A stretch of DNA of 32,308 bases from Massilia sp. (GTDB lineage Bacteria > Pseudomonadota > Gammaproteobacteria > Burkholderiales > Burkholderiaceae_D), in NCBI GenBank assembly GCA_031995805.1, contig DAMAFT010000001.1, forward strand, positions 1 through 32,308, given 5' to 3'. A program made the position numbers and the translations under genes. The notes beneath the pieces were generated by a model. That model made no database searches, had not been told where the DNA came from, and saw nothing but the letters and a program-made list of their open reading frames with translations. Position 1 is the first letter of the stretch. Every line of letters begins with the position of its first letter. Positions 28,385-32,308 of the stretch are shown here, piece by piece.

Positions 28385-28413
28385 ATCCTACCTTTTGGTA
28401 GGTAGGCGGTCAA
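28385..28413 (-). promoter_or_regulatory. TetR promoter with overlapping operator (copy 2)
   Basis: TTGACC-N17-TAGGAT, with CCTACC-tttt-GGTAGG at 28387-28402. Confidence 0.7.
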
Positions 28414-28416
28414 GCA

Positions 28417-29049
28417 CTACCATTTGCAGCCGCTATCCTTCTTGTCCATCGCCAGGAAAATCGGCGCCAGCAGGCCGCCCTGCACGCCGTCCTTGCAGTC
28501 GCGCCGCTTGGCCGACTTGATCGCCCGTTCGAACTTGCTCTCGGTTTGCAGCGGCGGCTTCGGCAGGCGCTCCAGCGCGGTGCCCACCTTGGCCGGATCC
28601 GGTTCGTTCGCCACCTTGCGTGCGGTCTTCAACGCCGCGTCCAGGTCGAAGCGCGGTGCTGCCTGTTCCGCGGGCGCCGCGGGCGCCGGTTCGACCGCAT
28701 AGGTGTCGCCGCTGGACTGGCGCGTGTCCGGATCGACGGCGATGACGGCGGGGGAAGGCCGCACGGCTGCCTGGCGTCGCGGCGCCGGTCCGGGCGCGGA
28801 TGCCGGTGCCGTGGGTGCCTTGGGTGCCGGTGTGCGCACTTCGGCCTGGGGTGGCGGCGGCGCCGGGCGCAGGCGCACCGTCAGCGGCTCCGCCGGCGCG
28901 GGCGCAGGTGGGGCGGCCGGCTGCCGGTAGGACGCCAGCAGCAGCGCATGCAGCAGCAGCGACAGGGCGATGCCGGCGCCGATGCGGGCGAGCTGGCGGC
29001 GCTGCGGGCCCGGTGCGGCGCCGTGCAGGATGTCGAAAGTGGCATTCAC
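28417..29049 (-). CDS. Hypothetical membrane-anchored Pro/Ala-rich protein (start uncertain; GTG 29049)
   Basis: TM segment IALSLLLHALLL (TonB-like SxxxH), Pro/Ala linker, C-terminal helical domain ending DCKDG...GCKW. Confidence 0.7.
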   Translation of the reverse strand: MNATFDILHGAAPGPQRRQLARIGAGIALSLLLHALLLASYRQPAAPPAPAPAEPLTVRLRPAPPPPQAEVRTPAPKAPTAPASAPGPAPRRQAAVRPSPAVIAVDPDTRQSSGDTYAVEPAPAAPAEQAAPRFDLDAALKTARKVANEPDPAKVGTALERLPKPPLQTESKFERAIKSAKRRDCKDGVQGGLLAPIFLAMDKKDSGCKW

Positions 29050-29140
29050 GTCGAGAGCGGTAATCACATCGTGACCATGGAGGTTTGTGCCGGAAAGCCG
29101 CAACTGCGCCGGGTTGCGCGCGCATGTGCGGGTGCTTTCC

Positions 29141-29170
29141 TTGACCGGGATGCCATCCGGAGGGTATGAT
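29141..29170 (+). promoter_or_regulatory. Putative sigma70 promoter of tRNA-Pro
   Basis: TTGACC-N18-TATGAT, with a GC-rich discriminator, 10 nt before the tRNA. Confidence 0.65.
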
Positions 29171-29179
29171 GGCCGTCTT

Positions 29180-29256
<77 letters not shown>

Positions 29257-29264
29257 AGTATAAC

Positions 29265-29298
29265 GAAAAAGGCCGACGAGCGATCGTCGGCCTTTTTC
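29265..29298. terminator. Bidirectional intrinsic terminator
   Basis: GAAAAAGGCCGACGA-gcga-TCGTCGGCCTTTTTC between the convergent tRNA and HMG-CoA lyase genes. Confidence 0.9.
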
Positions 29299-29324
29299 AT
29301 TTCCGCGCTACACCGCGCAGGTGT

Positions 29325-30233
29325 TCATCCGGCGCGCTTGGCCAGCAGCGCGTTGCCGGCCCGGCTCGCGCCCTTGCGGCCCAGGTGGCGCGAGATGAAG
29401 TCGCCCGCGTCGACCACCTGGCCCAGGTCGATCCCCGTCTCGATGCCCAGCCCGTCCAGCATGTAGACCACGTCCTCGGTCGCGACGTTGCCGGTCGCGC
29501 CCTTGGCGTAGGGGCAGCCGCCCAGGCCCGAGACGGACGAGTGGAAGATCGCCACGCCCACTTCCAGGCTGGCGTAGATGTTCGCCAGCGCCTGGCCGTA
29601 GGTGTCGTGGAAGTGGCCGGAAATGCGCTCCAGCGCGAAGGCGCGCGCCGCCGTCTCCATCACGGCCTGGGTCTTGCGCGGCGTCGACACGCCGATGGTG
29701 TCGGCGATGTCGATCTCGTCGCAGCCCAGTTCGCGCATGCGGCCCACCACGTCGGCCACGGCGTCGAGCGGCACCTCGCCCTGGTAGGGACAGCCGAACG
29801 CGCAGCTGATGCTGCCGCGCAGGCGCAGGCCGCGCTCCCTGGCGGCGCGCGCGACCGGCTCGAAGCGCGCGATCGATTCCGCGATCGAGCAGTTGATGTT
29901 CTTCTGCGAGAACGCTTCCGAGGCCGAGCCGAAGATCACGACCTCGTCGGCGCGGGCGGCCAGCGCCGCCTCGAAGCCCTGCATGTTCGGCGTCAGCGCG
30001 GAATAGATGGTGCCGGGACGGCGCGTGATGCCGGCCATGACCTCGGCGCTGGTGGCCATCTGCGGCACCCATTTGGGCGACACGAAGGACGCCGCTTCCA
30101 CGTTGGCGAAGCCGGCGCGCGACAGGCGGTCGACCAGTTCGATCTTGACGGCGGCGTCGACGTTTTCCTTTTCGTTCTGCAGCCCGTCGCGCGGGCCCAC
30201 TTCGACGATCTTGACGTTATGCGGCAGGTTCAT
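29325..30233 (-). CDS. hmgL: Hydroxymethylglutaryl-CoA lyase
   Basis: EVGPRDGLQNE, SFVSPKWVPQM, IADTIG, HFHDTYG, GLGGCPYAKGATGNVATED. Confidence 0.96.
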   Translation of the reverse strand: MNLPHNVKIVEVGPRDGLQNEKENVDAAVKIELVDRLSRAGFANVEAASFVSPKWVPQMATSAEVMAGITRRPGTIYSALTPNMQGFEAALAARADEVVIFGSASEAFSQKNINCSIAESIARFEPVARAARERGLRLRGSISCAFGCPYQGEVPLDAVADVVGRMRELGCDEIDIADTIGVSTPRKTQAVMETAARAFALERISGHFHDTYGQALANIYASLEVGVAIFHSSVSGLGGCPYAKGATGNVATEDVVYMLDGLGIETGIDLGQVVDAGDFISRHLGRKGASRAGNALLAKRAG

Positions 30234-30245
30234 GCTTGTCTCCTT

Positions 30246-31175
30246 TCAGTATCCGCGTTCGCGGTCGATGGTGTCGGCGACCGGTTCGCCCCGTTCCAGC
30301 AGCGCGATCTTGGCGGCGATCTGGCGCACGGCTTCCTCGCGCAGCGTCACTGCCGCGACGTGCGGCGTGATGGCGATGCGCGGCTCGTCCCAGAACGGAT
30401 GCGGCGCCGGCAGCGGCTCGTTGCGGAACACGTCCAGCATGGCGCCGGCGACGTGGCCGGTACGGATCAGCGCCAGCAGGTCGGGCTCGGCCACCAGGGC
30501 GCCGCGCGCCACGTTGACCAGGTAGGCGCCCGCGGGCAACTTCGACAGGCGTGCGCGGTCGAGCAGGTTGTCGGTTTCCGGCGTGAGCGGCAGCATGCAC
30601 ACCAGTACCCGGGTGCCGGCCAGGAACTCGTCGAGCGATTCCATGCCGGCGAAGCAGTCGACGTTCGGCAGGTCCTTCGGCGTGCGGCTCCAGCCGCGCA
30701 CCGGGAAGCCGAGCTGGCGCAGCGTGCGCAGCACCGGCAGGCCCAGCTTGCCCAGGCCCAGCACGCCGACGCTGAAGTCTTCCTTGCGCCGCGGCGCCAG
30801 CGGCTGCCAGGTGCCCGCGCGCGCCTGGGCCTCGTACTCGTCGAAGCGGCGGAACCAGCGCAGCACGGCGCCGGCCACGTAGTCGGCCATCTGCTCGCCC
30901 ATGCCGGCGTCGCCCAGGCGCACGATCGGCACGGCGGGCAGCGCGTCGCCGAACTTCAGGATGGCGTCGGCGCCGGCGCCCATCAGGAACACCGCCTTCA
31001 CCCGCGCCAGGTCGGCCAGCATGGCCGGCGGCGGCGCCCAGACCGCGGCGTAGTCGCAGGGCGGGGTGGGCACGCCTTCCTGCCATGCCACCGTGTCGGC
31101 ATGCGGCAGGGCGGCGGCGAAGTCGGCGGCCCAGGGGGCGATGTCGCCGTCGGCGCGGTACAGCAGGATGCGCAT
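30246..31175 (-). CDS. ghrA: Glyoxylate/hydroxypyruvate reductase A-like D-2-hydroxyacid dehydrogenase (alternative start 31187)
   Basis: GVLGLGKLG, GWSRTPK, LPLTPET, NVARG, LDVFRNEPL, ITPHVAA. Confidence 0.88.
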   Translation of the reverse strand: MRILLYRADGDIAPWAADFAAALPHADTVAWQEGVPTPPCDYAAVWAPPPAMLADLARVKAVFLMGAGADAILKFGDALPAVPIVRLGDAGMGEQMADYVAGAVLRWFRRFDEYEAQARAGTWQPLAPRRKEDFSVGVLGLGKLGLPVLRTLRQLGFPVRGWSRTPKDLPNVDCFAGMESLDEFLAGTRVLVCMLPLTPETDNLLDRARLSKLPAGAYLVNVARGALVAEPDLLALIRTGHVAGAMLDVFRNEPLPAPHPFWDEPRIAITPHVAAVTLREEAVRQIAAKIALLERGEPVADTIDRERGY

Positions 31176-31216
31176 GGATTTGTCCATATATATCGATGGT
31201 TGAATGCCGTGGCTGA

Positions 31217-31263
31217 ACACCGGGGTCAGAGCCCCTTGAAAAGCAACACCGGGCTCCGACCCC
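31217..31263. repeat. REP/MITE-like palindromic element, copy 2 (opposite orientation)
   Basis: acacc-GGGGTCAGAGCCC-N16-GGGCTCCGACCCC, abutting the carboxylase stop codon. Confidence 0.8.
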
Positions 31264-32308
31264 TAGGCCTTGAAGGCCAATAACGGCGCCCCGTCCGCCA
31301 CCTGGTCGCCCACCTGGTACAGCACCTCTTCCACCAGCCCGTCGCTCGGCGCCGCGATCGTGTGTTCCATCTTCATGGCTTCCATGATCACCAGCGGCTC
31401 GCCCTTCTTGACGACCTGGCCGTTGGCGGCGATCACCGCCACCACCTTGCCCGGCATCGGCGCCGTCAGGCGTCCGCCCGCGGTCTCGTGTTCGCCGGCG
31501 TGGGCCAGCGGGTCGTTCCATGCCAGCTGGTGGTGCGCGCCGCCGCAGAAGACGTGCAGCACGTCGCCGTCGCGCCGCACCGCGCCCTGCAGCGCGCGGC
31601 CGTCCAGGCGGATCGCCAGCCGGCCGGCATCGTTCGCCACCAGTTGCAGCGCGTGGGTGGCGCCGTCGCGGTCGAGCGTCCAGTCGTCGCGGCCGGCGCG
31701 GCCGCCGTGGCCATATGCCAGGCCGATGCGGTAGTCCTTGCCGTCGCCGGACGCGGCTCTGAACTCGTCCGCGAACGACAGCACGCGGCGGTAGTTGCCG
31801 TTCATGCGCCAGCCGTGCGTGCCGGTCCATGGGTCGGCGGGGTTGGCCGCCGGTGCGGCCGGTGCGGTCTGCGTGCCGGCGGTGGCCAGGAACACGCTGG
31901 CCAGCGCCAGCGCGTCCAGCGGCGCCGGGGCGGCGGGTGGGAACAGGCTGGCGCTGTTGCGTTCGATCAGGCCGGTGTCGAGGTCGGCGCGGGCGAACGC
32001 GTCGCCTTCGACCAGGCGCTTGAGGAAGGCGATATTCGTCGCCAGGCCGACGATGCGGAACTCGGCCAGCGCCTGCGCCATGCGCGCCAGCGCCTGCTCG
32101 CGGTCCGCGCCCCAGACGATCAGCTTGGCGATCATCGGGTCGTAGAACGGAGAGATCGCATCGCCGGCGCGCACGCCGGCATCGATGCGCACGGCGGCCG
32201 GCGCGCCGCCGCTGTCGCCGCCATCGCCCAGCGCGAACGCGACGTGGGCGGGGGTGTCCATGCAGCGCAGGGTGCCGGTCGAGGGCAGGAAGCCCTTCTC
32301 CGGATTCT
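31263..32308 (-). CDS. Biotin-dependent acyl-CoA (3-methylcrotonyl-CoA) carboxylase alpha subunit, 5'-truncated by window edge
   Basis: The frame is open to the window end (NPEKGFLPSTG). SPFYDPMIAKLIVWG, TNIAFL, biotinyl motif MEAMKMEH. Upstream of hmgL (leucine catabolism). Confidence 0.9.
   Translation of the reverse strand, partial: NPEKGFLPSTGTLRCMDTPAHVAFALGDGGDSGGAPAAVRIDAGVRAGDAISPFYDPMIAKLIVWGADREQALARMAQALAEFRIVGLATNIAFLKRLVEGDAFARADLDTGLIERNSASLFPPAAPAPLDALALASVFLATAGTQTAPAAPAANPADPWTGTHGWRMNGNYRRVLSFADEFRAASGDGKDYRIGLAYGHGGRAGRDDWTLDRDGATHALQLVANDAGRLAIRLDGRALQGAVRRDGDVLHVFCGGAHHQLAWNDPLAHAGEHETAGGRLTAPMPGKVVAVIAANGQVVKKGEPLVIMEAMKMEHTIAAPSDGLVEEVLYQVGDQVADGAPLLAFKA

Overview
GC-rich betaproteobacterial chromosomal DNA. 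Gene content and synteny suggest Oxalobacteraceae (Massilia-like); this is an inference. Bases 1-16.3 kb are an oxalate-utilisation supercluster. It has two formyl-CoA:oxalate CoA-transferases (frc), oxalyl-CoA decarboxylase (oxc), an OFA-family oxalate/formate antiporter, a PanE-like probable oxalyl-CoA reductase and the gcl-hyi-glxR glyoxylate assimilation operon. It also carries three regulators (two LysR, one Crp/Fnr) and several accessory genes without an assigned role: an HDAC-family hydrolase, a CbbY-like mini-protein, an FAH-family enzyme, a stand-alone PAS protein and a 48-aa small protein. The best non-coding signal is a shared TTRACC-N2-GGTCAA palindrome at class-II Crp/Fnr spacing before both the oxc and the antiporter promoters, which points to a dedicated oxalate regulon. 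Bases 16.3-22.5 kb hold a TonB-dependent receptor preceded by a terminator, a secreted twin-CX3C protein, a SUV3-like helicase, an MgtC/SapB protein and a lipoprotein. The rest is mostly housekeeping: tlpA-like, BON, gmhA, yraN, lpoA-like, rsmI, a TetR/membrane-protein pair with a shared operator, tRNA-Pro(TGG) and part of a leucine-catabolism cluster. Two copies of a REP/MITE-like palindrome are present. No CRISPR array, integrase, transposase or phage gene was seen. All calls come from motif recognition by eye; no database searches were run.
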